Source: Octopus vulgaris
Lineage: Eukaryota
Assembly: GCA_951406725.2 (NCBI GenBank)
Contig: OX597823.1
Coordinates: forward strand, 21,328,001-21,392,000
Direction: 5' to 3'
Length of the DNA: 64,000 bases
The first letter of the stretch is position 1, and the number at the start of each line of letters is the position of its first letter. The notes beneath the pieces are model-generated. The model did not search any database. It saw only the letters and a list, made by a program, of their open reading frames with translations, and was not told where the DNA came from. Positions 41,076-55,289 of the stretch are shown here, in pieces. A program made the position numbers and the translations under genes.

Positions 41076-41894
41076 GAGTACACTCATATATAGCCGTGTC
41101 TTTAGTATAACATATGAAAGAAAAGTTATTTCTTATTTACACAAATATATATCTTACCTTTTTTGTTCTAAATCTTTCACTACTACGGTCTCTCCTCCAC
41201 TCCTGCGACTCTAGTTATAACCGCCTCACTGTCTCTTAATTTCTATATTTCTTTCTGTCTATAACTTATTCAGGTCAAGTAATTAGGTAAAAAAAAGTGT
41301 TCAAATTTGCAATACACACACAGACATACGCATGTATGCATGTATGTATGTATGTACGTATGTATGTATATATGCATGTATGTGTGTATGTACGTACATA
41401 TTTATGTATATATGTATGTATGTACGTACGTATGTATGTATATATGTGACGGTTTTCACACGATTTCTACGTAATAGATTCTGCCTATAGGCTATTACTA
41501 ACACAAGGCTATGGTAGACTATATATATCGCTTAATAAATGATGAACTAAACATCACGTCAGAACATCTGTATCTATTTTTTTCTCATTTTTAACGTCGC
41601 GTAAAAACAGTTCTAATCACATGTTCCCTATAAATATAAAATAAGAATGATTTCTGAAAAATAAGAATGAAAAATAGGTATTATTTCTGACATGCGTGCA
41701 AGATCGCAAAGTAGCATAGTGTAATATTTCGAGTCCAGTATTCGATTGTTAATAAACTCATCGACTCCAGAATTATGAAGTACAAATTTGATTTTGGTCG
41801 GATTTCAGCCCGAAACTCATCGAGACATAACTAAACACAACATATTCCATGCTCTACGATTTTTAATGATGATGATTATGGCGGCAGCTTCAGA

Positions 41895-42089
41895 TTTTAG
41901 AACAAGGTCAGCTATTTGGGGGAAGGGGTTAAGTCGATCACATCGACCCCAGTGCTCAACTGGTACTTGATTTATCAACCCCGAAAGATGAAAAGCAAAA
42001 TCGAGATTTGAACCAGAAAGTTAAGGTGGGCGAAGTGCCGCTAAGCATTTTGTCCGGCATGCTAACGATTCTGCCAGCCCGCTGCCTTC

Positions 42090-42120
<31 letters not shown>

Positions 42121-42386
42121 TAATAATAATAATAATAATAATGATAATAATAGTTTGAACCTTTGACACACGGCCAACAGGTGTGGCGAAGGGGCTAAAT
42201 CGATTAAATCGACCCCCAGTGCTTAACTGGTACTTATTTTTTCGACCTCGGAAGGAATGAAAGGCAAAGTCGTCCTCCGTCGAATTTGAACTCAGAACGT
42301 AAAGGCAGATGAAATGCCGCTAAGCATTTCACCTAATGTGCTACCGATTCTGCCAACTCGCCGCATTACTACTACTACGACTACTT

Positions 42387-42417
<31 letters not shown>

Positions 42418-42455
42418 GACGACGACTACTACTACTACGACTACTACTACTACTG

Positions 42456-42505
<50 letters not shown>

Positions 42506-42690
42506 CATAATTCTATCTACTATTGACACAAGGCCTGCAATTTTGGGGTAGGGTACCAGTCGATTACATCGACCCCCAGTACTCCACTGGTACTTAATTT
42601 ATGCACCCCGAGAGGATTAAAAGCACAAATCGACGTCGGCGGAATTTGAACTCGGATCGTAAAGACGGACGCAATTTTACCCAGCGCCTT
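41895..42690 (-). mobile_element. Three same-orientation SINE family B copies (41895-42090, 42165-42362, 42525-42690) separated by (TAA)n/(CTA)n
   Basis: Each carries CGACCCC.AGT...CTGGTACTT...AAAG.CAAA.TCG. Confidence 0.8.
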
Positions 42691-43181
42691 ATTGATAATA
42701 ATAAACAGTTCGCCGCTTTATTGATAACAATTATAATGCTCTATAGAGGATTGGAGATTAACTGATTGAATTGACTGCACTACTTCATTCGTATTTTGTT
42801 TTAGCAACAGAACAAAAGAACAAAATCTAAGCGGAACTTCAACTCTTAGCATAAAGAACGGGAATATATACGGAAATTTTTTTTGAATTATTCTCTGTCG
42901 ATACTGCCATTTTAAAGCACTGTTTGTTGCATAGGCCATCGGTCTGAAATTTGGAGAAGTGTATTTGTCAATGACATCGACTCGAGGACTTGACTGGTAC
43001 CTTATTATTAATGATGTAAATCCCTGCACTCTTCTTTTAATTTCATACCGAGCAACTTTTCTGCGAAAGGACTTTTGTCCGAAACGTTGGATTTTCACTC
43101 CGCACAGCAAGTTCACTGTACTCATTTTGTCAATTTTACATATGTCTACATATATATCTATCTATAAATGTGTGCGTGTAC

Positions 43182-43267
<86 letters not shown>

Positions 43268-44107
43268 ATGTATGTATGTATGTATGTATATTGAGAAGTC
43301 AAACACGTATAGTAATAATCAAATACGTACATATATGTACGCATGCATAAATGAATGGTATCGGAGGTGACCTCAGCGAAATTTGAACGCAAAACGCAGA
43401 GACGGATTGAATACCAAAAGCATTCGATCCAACAATCAGCTAATCGACTCCGCTAGTCAAGTATCTTGCAGTTTTGGATGGCTGGTTAAGAGCATTGTTT
43501 TGAAATTGCTTGTTTTATGGTTCAATTAACTGCGTAATATGTTGGACTTGTGCATTCTACCGTAATACTGGGTCAGCCAAAGTGTGGTGAATTGAATTTG
43601 ACAGACGCATACTGTAAGCATGTCTGGTGAAGGAACTGTTTCTGTTGATGCAAAATAGACTTAATATGTCACCCTGTTTAACACCCCCATCAGTTCTCAT
43701 TTGCGCTTTAATGGAATCTATTGTCTTACTAATATTCAGGTCAGTTCTTAAATTTGAGGATAATTTCCCATCACGCTGCTCCCAAATAACTCATAACAAC
43801 ATAACAAATCATTCAGACATTCGTTGCTGTTCATTTTGCTCTATTGATCCTCAATGCCATGCATTCGGTCGTGCTGACATTAATATTGTGATCAATCATA
43901 AAGATGAATCTGTCTGCTTTACCAACAATGGTGAAAGATTAGTCTCTGTATAAGCAAGTGATCGATCAGCAAAGGCCCTTCTTGTTATTGTTATTATTAG
44001 CATTGTGATATTCTAAAATTTGTTATAATCATTTTATAATGGTTTTATTTATTGCTTAAATAACATTTTTTAAAAAAGAATGCATATCATTATTATTATT
44101 ATTATTA

Positions 44108-44148
<41 letters not shown>

Positions 44149-44149
44149 T

Positions 44150-44188
<39 letters not shown>

Positions 44189-44331
44189 TATCAAATTGTC
44201 TCTCTGCGTTTTGCGTTCAAATTTCGCTGAGGTCACCTCCGATACCATTCATTTATGCATGCGTACATATATGTACGTATTTGATTATTACTATACGTGT
44301 TTGACTTCTCAATATACATACATACATACAT

Positions 44332-44413
<82 letters not shown>

Positions 44414-44452
44414 GTACACGCACACATTTATAGATAGATATATATGTAGACA

Positions 44453-44489
<37 letters not shown>

Positions 44490-44490
44490 T

Positions 44491-44526
<36 letters not shown>

Positions 44527-44565
44527 TATCATCGTCTTCATCATCATCATCATTATTATTATTAT

Positions 44566-44618
<53 letters not shown>

Positions 44619-44765
44619 ATAGTAGTAGTATTGTTATTATTGTTATATATAATCGATTCTGCGTAAACGTCCACGTTTTTTTATATTTTTTAATGTTTCC
44701 TCCTACTAACCTCTTCATTCTTCGTCTTTTCTAATATACAGAGCAAAAAATAACTCTCGTTATCA

Positions 44766-44808
<43 letters not shown>

Positions 44809-44879
44809 CATTATTAATATCATCATCATCAACATCATTATTATTAGTTATGAAATGACAGCGGATTAAGAGAATCTTC

Positions 44880-45084
44880 GAGGTGTCTTGCGGCATTTAT
44901 TCCGGTTTCTCTTTACGCCTTGAGTTCAAATTCCTTCTGAAGTGATCTTTGCCTTTCATCCTTTCGCGGTCGATAAATGAAGTACCAGTTGCGCGCACTG
45001 GGGTCGATGTAATCGACTTAATCCCTTTGTCTGTCCTTGTTTTTGTCCCCTCTGTGTTTAACCCCTTGTGGGCAATGACGAAAT

Positions 45085-45085
<1 letters not shown>
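44880..45085 (+). mobile_element. SINE family B
   Basis: GAGTTCAAATTCC...TTTGCCTTTCATCCTTTCG..GTCGAT; tail as in 8078-8260. Confidence 0.8.
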
Positions 45086-45157
<72 letters not shown>

Positions 45158-45212
45158 GCTGGTGGTGGCGGTGGTGGTGGTGGCGGTGGTGGTGGTAGTA
45201 GTAGTAGTAGTG

Positions 45213-45264
<52 letters not shown>

Positions 45265-46809
45265 GAGTAGTACGCATTGGCATGTGAATGATCGATAATT
45301 CGAATCAATCGGAGGCAACTTTGTTTACCATCCAGCCCACCCGTCCATTCGTCTCATCATCCATCCATGCATCCATCCATCTATTTATAAATTCTTCCAT
45401 TTCTCCGCCCTTCTCTCAATGCAGAGATGGTCCATCACCCACCCGCTTTTTCCTCCCTCTATGGATCGGTAAAAACGAAATATAGTTAACAATAACCATC
45501 GAGTATCGATTTGCAACGGAAGCGGTTTTATTCGCAAAACAGCTTCTTTTTTTTAATTGCATCAGAATACATAAACAAGTATTTGAGATCATATGATATT
45601 ATATTAACCATCATATCATATGGCAGTGTATTATGGATTGTGTGATTTTTCTGTACTCGGGATAATGGGATTTTATCTTATTAAGGATCCTCTCTCATGA
45701 TATTATATTAAGGATCATTCGATATTATTGTATTAAGGATTGTATCTTATAAATAATATTGTATCACACATCATGTGATATTCATCATTTCAGAAACACT
45801 TTTGATTACATTAAGCGTTTGTAATGTGCAGACGATAGTGGTGATGGAAGTGATGGTTAATAATGGTTGTGATGGTGGTGATGTCGGTGATGGCGGGATG
45901 TTAGTGGTAGCCATGTTGGTGGTTTTAATTTCGTGAGTTTCCTGTTTTTCATGTAGACGTTGTTTAGCAACAGCTCAGACTTGATCGAGCGAACCTGTGG
46001 CACAAACGCATTGAGAATGTTCCTTTTTCTGCTTTCCTTTGTGCACAGAACCTACATCCATACCATCCAATGGTTTTAATTTGAGGAACATATAACTGCT
46101 ACTATTTCTAACAGAACGAGCGACCGTGTAGAAGGCTTCGTTGTTGATCGTTCTTGTTATTAGTGATGGTGATGGTCGGCTGGAAATGGAAAGAAAATAA
46201 AAATAGCTGCGGCGGGTAGGTGTTGGTAGCTGTGGTGGTGTTGGTGGAAGTGAATCGGCGGCAGCGGCGATGGCGAAGGGGTGGCGATGATGGAGTGGGT
46301 AGAGTTAGAGGTGGAGGTTGCGCCGGTGCTGGAACAATTGTAAGACTGTCAATGGCAGCGGTAGAGTTATCAGATAGTAGTGGTGGCAGCACGGATTTCG
46401 TAGTAGTGGTTGTGATAAGGGTGGTGAGGAGGAGCATGAGGAGGAAGACGACGGGGAGAGAGATAGGACAAGGAGGTAGTTTGGGGTAGGAAAATGACGA
46501 TAATAATATCGACCCCGACGATGGAAACGATGACGGTTATGATGACAACGACGACGACGATGATGATGATAGTGTTGATAACTATGATGATTGATGAATG
46601 ATGACGGTGACAGTAATGGTTATGGTGATGGTTGTAGATTTTGCAATTATTTCGAGAGATTTTGCTCCTGAGATGTATCTACCACATCCATCATTTCCAG
46701 CAAAAGATTACAATCAAGCAAAAAATAGAAAAAACAGAAGCGCATCAAGAATTTAAAAAAAATATTTGCAAAATAAACAAAATAATCATAGGAAATTGTA
46801 AGAAGGAGG

Positions 46810-46900
46810 AGAAGAAGAAGAAGAAGAAGAAGAAGAAGAAGAAGAAGAAGAAGAAGAAGAAGAAGAAGAAGAAGAAGAAGAAGAAGAAGAAGAAGAAGAA
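46810..46900. repeat. (AAG)n microsatellite
   Basis: Direct reading. Confidence 0.95.
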
Positions 46901-47230
46901 AAGCAAAAGCAGCAACAACAACAACATGAGTGACTAGAACGAGGAAGAATTTATTTTTTGTGTGAGAACACATCAAATTTCAATTTGACGCAAATTCCTG
47001 GAATTACACACCACCACACTCCTCAACCACACATATATTTCACTTTAAAATCTAATGCTTAGTCTAAATATATAAGAACTACAGCGAGTTAGCTTTATAG
47101 AGCGTATGGTTATGCAAGCGACAGTGAAAAATGGAGTGTCACAGTTGTGTTTGTGTGTGTGTTTGTGCTTTTATTGTTAAAACTTATTCTGCATTCTTAT
47201 TTCTGCTAATATGGAGAAAGATCCAATGTG

Positions 47231-47332
<102 letters not shown>

Positions 47333-47451
47333 ATATTTATTTATATATGTATGCATACATGTATGAATGTGTGGGTCAATATGTGCATTTGTTCGTGTGT
47401 ATACATGTATATATATAGTTATATATGTGTATAGGCATACATATGTATAAG

Positions 47452-47497
<46 letters not shown>

Positions 47498-47946
47498 GTA
47501 TGTGTGTGTATGTATGTATGTATGTATGTATGTATGTATGTATGTATGTATGTATGTATGTATGTATAAATGTATATGTATTATATATATTGAATTCGTT
47601 CTCCGTGCTTGCAGAAATGAAAATGCAGAAATGCAGAAAAAGAGGCTATACTATACGTATGCCGAGTAAAAAATAACCTCTATCTACGTGCAAAATACTT
47701 ATTACTTTCGGTAATATACAAGACTTATACATTATTACTAATAGTGTTCTTATTCTACGTTGGAAAGGTGATTTACAAATTCGATTATGTAAAGTTCTCA
47801 ACTTTCGCACTCTGCGTTAATGTATTTAACCCGTTATGTTTTTCTTATAATGGAATGAAACCTGGGGTGCATAGTCCATGCTCTTGGCGATCAATGTGGA
47901 GATTTTTGAATCTCACACGGCACTTCACATACACACACAGAGAAAG

Positions 47947-47983
<37 letters not shown>

Positions 47984-48019
47984 CATACATATATATAGAC
48001 AGATAGCTACATAGACACA

Positions 48020-48062
<43 letters not shown>

Positions 48063-48064
48063 CC

Positions 48065-48255
48065 ATGATTAACGGCTAGCTCCAAAAGTTTTCTTTATTC
48101 TCTCTCTGTTTATTTCCACGTGTTCCTTTCTGTTGAAGAGCGTAGGCTCGAAACGTAAAAGACTTTCTCACCTTCCCGAGCGTAAAAATAATGCACCCGC
48201 TTGCTTTTCATACCCCTGTCTTCGACTTTTCGTTTTTCTGTAAATTTCAACTATA
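48065..48255 (+). mobile_element. Penelope-type terminal-repeat-like element with variant hammerhead motif
   Basis: CTTT-CTGTTGA-A-GAGCgtagGCTC-GAAA-CG-TA-AAAG at 48126-48161; flanked by (TA)n. Confidence 0.6.
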
Positions 48256-48654
48256 TGTATATATATATATGTACACACAACGCACATAAATACACACACA
48301 CGAGTACACATATATATAGACACACACTCCCTTGCACACGCACACACAGAAATACACACACACGCACATGTATATGTATAGGTCAGTTTTCCATCAGTAA
48401 GAAAGAAAGCACACAAAGAAATTTTGAACAGGTAGAGTTTTAAATAGACGTGTAGTATATACCTGTCTGTCGCATATAACCAGTCAAAACGTTACCACTA
48501 GTTTTGCATTTACTATCACACTTGGCAATACAGACGTCTCATCAAATATTGCGATCAGAAGCCAACAATTTTTCTACAGTCATGGTCAGTAGTAGATGTG
48601 AAGCCAATGCTAACTTTCTGATCGGTTACATATCATAACCATGTGTGCTTAATA

Positions 48655-49274
48655 TTATTCCAAACAACTTGCACATATAATTTGTTTATAGTGATTACAT
48701 GGAAGTGCCGCACATTAGCTCATGTTCTCCATCAAAGCGACGTTACCTGAACCGGTACACAGTGTGTTACCCATCGAAGACATTGCAAAGCAACGTGAAA
48801 TGAAGAACCTAACGCACCACCCGGTCTGGGAATTAAAACCACGATCTCGTATTGGAGAGTATAACACCTCAACCACTAGACGATATATATATATATTATT
48901 CCAAACAACTTGCACATATAATTTGTTTATAGTGATTACATGGAAGTACCGCACATTAGCTCATGTTCTCCATCAAAGCGACGTTACCTGAACCGGTGCA
49001 CAGTGTGTTACCCATCGAAGACATCGCAAAGCAACCTGAAATGAAGAACATAACGCACCACCCGGTCTGGGAATTAAAACCACGCTCTCGTATTGGAGAG
49101 TATAACATCTCAACCACTATATATATATATGTATATATCGTCTAGTGGTTCAGGTGTTATACTCTCCAATACGAGATCGTGGTTTTAATTCGCAGACCGG
49201 ATGGTGCGTTATGTACTTCATTTCACGTTGCTTTGCGATGTCTTCGATGGGTAGCACACTGTGCACCGGTTCAG
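48655..49274. repeat. ~241-bp tandem duplication of a SINE-derived segment plus an inverted third partial copy
   Basis: 48655-48895 matches 48896-49130; 49134-49274 is the reverse complement of the distal ~140 bp; related SINE at 59790-60030. Confidence 0.9.
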
Positions 49275-49317
49275 ATTATTTATATCTTAAAAATATTGTT
49301 TATATTTTAGGTTTTGA

Positions 49318-49371
49318 AACCACCTGAAGAATGTCTCAAAGATGTGCTGACACGAAACGATCGTAGTGGTT
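49318..49371 (+). ncRNA. Type I hammerhead ribozyme motif (one non-consensus core-adjacent position)
   Basis: Stem I AACCAC/GTGGTT, CTGAAGA, stem II TGTC/GACA (A10.1 opposite C11.1), GAAA, palindromic ACGATCGT, GUA site at 49365. Confidence 0.75.
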
Positions 49372-49550
49372 ATTTATAATTGTTAAATTTTAATTTATAT
49401 AAATTATTTTATGTATTGGCTTAAGTCTTTCTTTGTTTGATTTGCATAATAGTGGTTTTGTCTCTAATATAATATAATATTTTACTATAAAATTGGATAC
49501 AATCCTAAATCTGATTTTTCCCTGTAAATTTGGATTTATTCCCTAATATT

Positions 49551-49613
<63 letters not shown>

Positions 49614-49617
49614 TATG

Positions 49618-49755
49618 CGACGGGCTTCTTTCAGTTTCCATCTACCAAATCCATTCACAAGTCTTTGGTCGGTCTGACGCTATGGTGCCACGCAGTGAGA
49701 CTGAACCTGGAACCATGTAGTTGGTAAGCAAGCTACTTACCACACAGCCACTCCT
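49618..49755 (-). mobile_element. SINE family A 5' fragment
   Basis: Reverse-complement match with an internal deletion. Confidence 0.75.
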
Positions 49756-49780
49756 ACATATATGTATGTATGTATGTATG

Positions 49781-49845
<65 letters not shown>

Positions 49846-50275
49846 TATGTATTATATGTCATATATATATACATATAGATATATGTACATATATTTATGT
49901 GTATATGTGCATGTATATGTGTGCACGCGCCTGTGTGAGCATGTGTGTAATGACTATGAAAATAACGAATTATCCGATCCATCTGCACACGAATGCGAAA
50001 ATGCCAGCTGGGTAAGATCAATGGTCTCCACATTCCCCAAACTCATACAATCCCATAAATATGTTATGCCACACGAAATGATTAGTTTTCTTGTCCACAT
50101 CCTCCCCATTCTTCAAGTACAGTTTGCCAGTTGAACGCTGATATGACTTTCACGTGTATTTTACACATCTGCGCCTTCGCATGCCAGAACATTATCATTT
50201 GCACTTCTGTCCAGCATGTCATTGATATAAAGTCCAGTAGAACCTAATTGGATGTTTACCCGACTGTGTACCTCA

Positions 50276-50668
50276 TCTCTCTATATATAAAGCTGAAGTT
50301 GTCTGTGTATGGCAGGTTTGGTAGCCTTCAACTAACACTATCTCCTCCGAGTCCCTGCGGCGCAAGTTGACCAAAATTGAGAGTATGATAGAAGAAGGCT
50401 TGCCCTTCTTTCAAAGAAAAGAAAAAATTCAAATCGAACCATGTTAAGACCAAAAATTATTTACATCAACAAGGTGCTTTTTCCCTATAAAAATCCCTAT
50501 TTTTTAAGATGTTTTGACTGCTGTGTCGCTATTTTTCGGTGTATTTCAACCAGAAAAATGTCCACTTAAACAGAATAACAAGCTATATAATGCAAATGTT
50601 TTACTTTTTAAAAATTCCAATTCTAAAGGGTCGAAACAAACCCGAGCAACGCCGGGCGATGCAGCTAG
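50276..50668 (+). mobile_element. Non-autonomous Helitron family H2, complete
   Basis: A|TC start, AAACCCGAGCAACGCCGGGCGATGCAG-CTAG|T end; homolog at 22561-22949. Confidence 0.85.
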
Positions 50669-50669
50669 T

Positions 50670-52500
50670 TGCTTCTAAAGAGGACGTAGACTTCTTGATT
50701 GTGCTTTCCTCAAGCGGAGAAGTGGATCTGCTTTCTTTGTTCTATACAATTTCTGATTAGGTTTCTTTCTTCTTCCCTGCTTCCTTTTTCCATTTTCCCA
50801 TCTTTTCGATTGCTACATTTCTCGAATTTATTTCATACTCAAGGTTGCAAGGCTGTGTGGTGTGACTCAGCTTTTTCCTTCCTCGGCTTCTTTCTTGGTC
50901 TTCAGATTTCTGATTTTTTTCTCCCTGAGAACGAGATAAATTCTATACCCATCCTCCAAGCTGTGAACATTGGTGCGATTAGAAATGCTTTGGAAAAGAA
51001 GCTTCTGGGGCCTATTACTATCGTTGTGGCTGACTGAACTACTGTTTACTACATCTCCTTACTTTTCTAGGTCTTTAGACGGTAATCCCTCAAATGCTAA
51101 CTGTACAGCATCTAAGCCTTCTGCCTTGTACCACAAATCCCACAGCTTTTCCACCTACTCTCACGGCATTACACATTGGCGCGTTGGCCCTCTTTCGCTC
51201 ATCAGGATTTGTATGTTGACTTGTGTATCATTTCTAGTTACCTTAGCACTCACTACTTGCTCCTTGTTCCACATTTTTGACGACGAGAAACGGGTCAACA
51301 TCACTACTGATTTCTCTAATACGCTGATTCATGTATACAAGCTTGTGTACAGATTGTGGGTGCACCAACTCTGCATATTGCCACGCTTCGTCTTTGGTCT
51401 TGAAAAGCAGGCAAACAGTTTCATGTGTCCTTTCTCGGTTGATGGAAGCCACACCTTCCCACAGATCGGCCAAAAATTTCTTAGGCGCAGGAGTGGCTGT
51501 ATGGTAAGTAACTTGCTTACCAACCACATGGTTCTGGGTTCAGTCCCACTGCGTGGCACCTTGGGCAAGTGTCTTCTTCTATATCCGCGGGCCGACCAAA
51601 GCTTTCTGAGTGGGTTTAGTAGACGGAAATTGAAAGAAGCCCGTCATATATATGTATATATATATATATGTATGTGTGTGTATATGTTTGTGTGTCTGTG
51701 TTTGTCCCCCCAACATCGCTTGACAACCGATGGTGGTGTGTTTACGTTCCCGTAACTTAGCGGTTCGGCAAAAGAGACCGATAGAATAAATAATAGGCTT
51801 ACAAAGAATAAGTCCGGGGGCCGATTTACTCGACTAAAGGCGGTGTTCCAGCATGGCCGCAGTCAAAAATGACTGAAACAAGTAAAAGAGTAAGCGTTTT
51901 CTCGAGTACAAATGGGAATTTCTGCTTTGTTGGCTAGTCAAAAATAGCTTACTTTCTCCTTATTTTGCCTTTGGATAAAGATCTCATGAGAGAAGCAATT
52001 GCTTTTGACAAGCATTTGTGCTATGTCGGCCCTTTCCCAGATATTCAATTCTTCCTTACCGCTAGCAACACTAGAAAAACACTCGTTGTTGACGGTGGTG
52101 GTCGTGATGCTGTTTTCTCTATTATAAATTTGATTAACATTATACGCAATTTGCTATAAAAATCTGTGAAAAGATGAATTTGGTTGTGAAAATTGCATTT
52201 CTTTTTGTGTTATTTAAAAAAAATACCTGCTGAATCGTGTTTACACGTCTTTCCTTTTTACTCGTTACTGAAATATTGGAGGCGGATCCTACCTTAGATG
52301 GCATGTTTTTAATGCCTTGCGGCAAGAAATTTCTTTTAACGGTTTAAGCTATTTTTTCTTTGTCTTTTTTCTATTTTCAAACGGGAAAAATTATACAAGA
52401 AATATTAACCCTATTGCTTTATGAACAAAGTCTGCGTTAAAATGCCTTCAGTTTAGCATGTAATCCGGTGATTCTTCATCCCCATTTTCCATTCCCACCG
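50670..52500 (-). mobile_element. Degenerate Tx1/L1-like ORF1 remnant interrupted by a SINE
   Basis: Minus ETVCLLFKTKDEAWQYA...FVVQGRRLRC parallels TVWLIFNTPEETRIFA...VILEGRP of the 34-35 kb element. Confidence 0.4.
51483..51893 (+). mobile_element. SINE family A, full length
   Basis: High identity to other copies. Confidence 0.9.
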
Positions 52501-53244
52501 TTTTTTTTTTTTTTTTGAAAACCGAAGTGAATAACTGATTCAACACTAATAATAAGGGTGATGATGATTCAAAAGACAAATCTTCCCTTATGTTAGAGTA
52601 TGTTGAATAATGTTACATTTTTACAGAAGGCACAATGCTCAGTACCGTGACCGAGAGAAATTGCCAAGGGGCGCTATCATCATGAAACACAATACACGAG
52701 TGATTTCTAAAATACTTAATGTAGCGAGAAAAATAAATTTGCTTAATTAAAATTATCTTTGCAGTGCTGTGACGGAAACAAAAGCTCAATGGCTAATGTT
52801 AATTAGTTCAAGTAAAATACAAATGGATGACAACTCAAATCTTTAAAACACTGTAATATTGACGAAAATTATAGAGACTGTAATATCTTGAAAATATATT
52901 ACATATTTGAAAATATATTGCAATATATTTTATTTCTAACCTCGGCAAAATCCTACATATTTTGGAGGTTGAGGACAGCAGTCGATTAAATCGACATCAT
53001 TATTCGACATCAGTATCTGACAGGTTCTTGTAGCAGGCATGAAGAATGAAAAGTGAAAGTTAATCTCAACGTGATGCAAACTGAGATATTTCGTTATATT
53101 AAAATCTCTTGCTTTAAAATGTCAGCCATTGTTCACTTAAGATCGTTCTACAAACTTTGTATTCATCGTTCGAGTTGCTGTCGTTCGTTACTGTTCTCTG
53201 CTCATTTTCTTCTACTCTTATAATTCTTTACTATGTCTATGGCT

Positions 53245-53550
53245 AGCATTCCGTCGGTTACTACGACGAGTGTTTCAGTTGATCCGATCAATGGAACAAC
53301 GTGATCACGAAATTGATATACAGGTGGCTGAGTGCTCCACTGACACGCGTATCATCCAGGTATTTTTCAGAGGCCTTCAGTGTCACATAGAATGTAACAA
53401 GACTGGCCCTTTGAATTACAGATGCAACTCATTTTTGCTAGCTGAGAGAGCTGGAATAGCGCGGAATAAAATGTCTTATTCAAAGACACAATGCGCCGAC
53501 AGGAATCGAACTCACGACCTTACGATTGTGGGCCGAATGCCCTAACCTCC
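53245..53550 (-). mobile_element. SINE family F
   Basis: Reverse-complement homolog of 36120-36432; B box GAGTTCGATTCC. Confidence 0.65.
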
Positions 53551-55289
53551 GACCCATAGTATCCATAATTTACATCATCCACTTTTACTACCTCCATACA
53601 ATCACCACCACCACCACTACCACTACTGCTACTTTGCCTCAAACATTTTTAGTACGCCATCTTTAATCTCACCCATTTCCCATTGCGCACCAGTAGCACA
53701 GTTCTCACAGAACCAAGTCTACCAGAGACTTAGTGCCGTAAATCGCCTCTAATCTGACACCCTCGAGAAACTTGCTGCAGCCAATAGTGGTGTTGTTCTT
53801 GTTCTTGTTGTTTATTAATGGCCGAGAAAGGAGAAAGGTTATTCTCAAACAAGAAATCTAAAAATACATTTTTTGGCAACGAAGTGAACTCTCCTAATGG
53901 AACCCAACATCTAGGTAGTGAAATTAAACCAAGCTACGAATCAAGACAGCCACTAACAGACTTCAAAACAGTTTCCCTCTACATAATTTTATTCAGAAAA
54001 CTTTGGATAATTCGTGACTGTTAGAAGACACTCGATATACCATGCGGTAAGAATAAACCAGAAGTTATGTTGTTGCCAAGTTAATTTCTTAATCGCATCT
54101 TTGCTAGGGGTTTTTTTTTTGTAAGAATCTTCCAGCTAATTACCTTTTAGTAGCTAGAAGCGTGTCTCAACTCTTGGAGGAGACAGTTTTACTGTAGAGC
54201 TCTGTAAGTATTTCCATTGTCATTGCTCTAATAAACTTTCTGGTCGAGTACTTTCTGTCAATATCTTTAAATGCGTCGTTCACTTCTCTTCCCAGGTGCA
54301 ACGTTTCTCTGCTGAGCTTCCTTTTTCGTCATAAGATCTTTTATTCTAATAGCTTCATCCCAGAACCACTGCCATCAGAGACTCATTACCACTGTCTTAT
54401 TTTCCTCTGGCCTATAATATACAGTCCATTAAGCTTTCTGCCAATATATATCTTTTCTCTTAGTTTTCCACGTCTTTTTACTTTTTCTGTAGTTCTTTAC
54501 ACCACTGTAGCCTCAAGCCTAGTTTAGCACAAAACCGTTATAAGAAATAATATTCTGTCTCCTTTCATGTCCCAAATATTCTTTATTATCTCCATACTGT
54601 ATTGTATTTTAATGACTGTTATTTTTATGAACATTTACACTTCAAAAAGCATTATACTAATTCAGTGTTCTTTGCTTCTCAGTTCTGGGTTGACTTCGTG
54701 CCATCTTCATTCCCGCTCATTTTGTATCTCCCCGTCCATTACACCCGCGAGCATGTGTGTATGACCACGTCTGTATTTCCATATTTATATGCTGTCCAAA
54801 TACTACTACACCAAGAGTTTACACGAGTTTGCAATTCAGAACAGCGTGAATAAAACAATGAATACATATAACCAGAAGTGAAATGTCGAACAGATTTATC
54901 TACGTCAAACTATAGACGACTATAAAACATTCTGCTCTCCTCTGACTATCAGTAAATCATAATATAATGTCTAAGATGATATTTTTTTAAAGAATACACG
55001 GAACTGCTATTATTAGTTAAAGCGGTTGTAGAGTTGAAATAGTTTCTTTTCCACAGCGTATTACAAAGTATTTCAGTAACCATGGATGTAAAATATGATT
55101 TTATGACAAAGCGTGGGATGGTCAGACAGAAAATTGCTTTCCTTTTGTTGTTTTTTGTTTTGTACATATTATTTTGCATGTGTCTTGTGTATGAGAGACT
55201 GTATCTATATTGAGATGTGTATGAGTATATATTATGAATGTGTACGTGTATATATAAAATACATATACACCTATATACATACACATATA

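Noticed and set aside
43690-43975. Possible RT remnant on the minus strand (HLL...F.YLG-like traces); similar trace at 54260-54590
   Set aside because: Too degenerate to assign without a profile search
50970-51755. 261-aa + strand ORF
   Set aside because: Runs antisense across a decayed ORF1 remnant and into a SINE; chimeric
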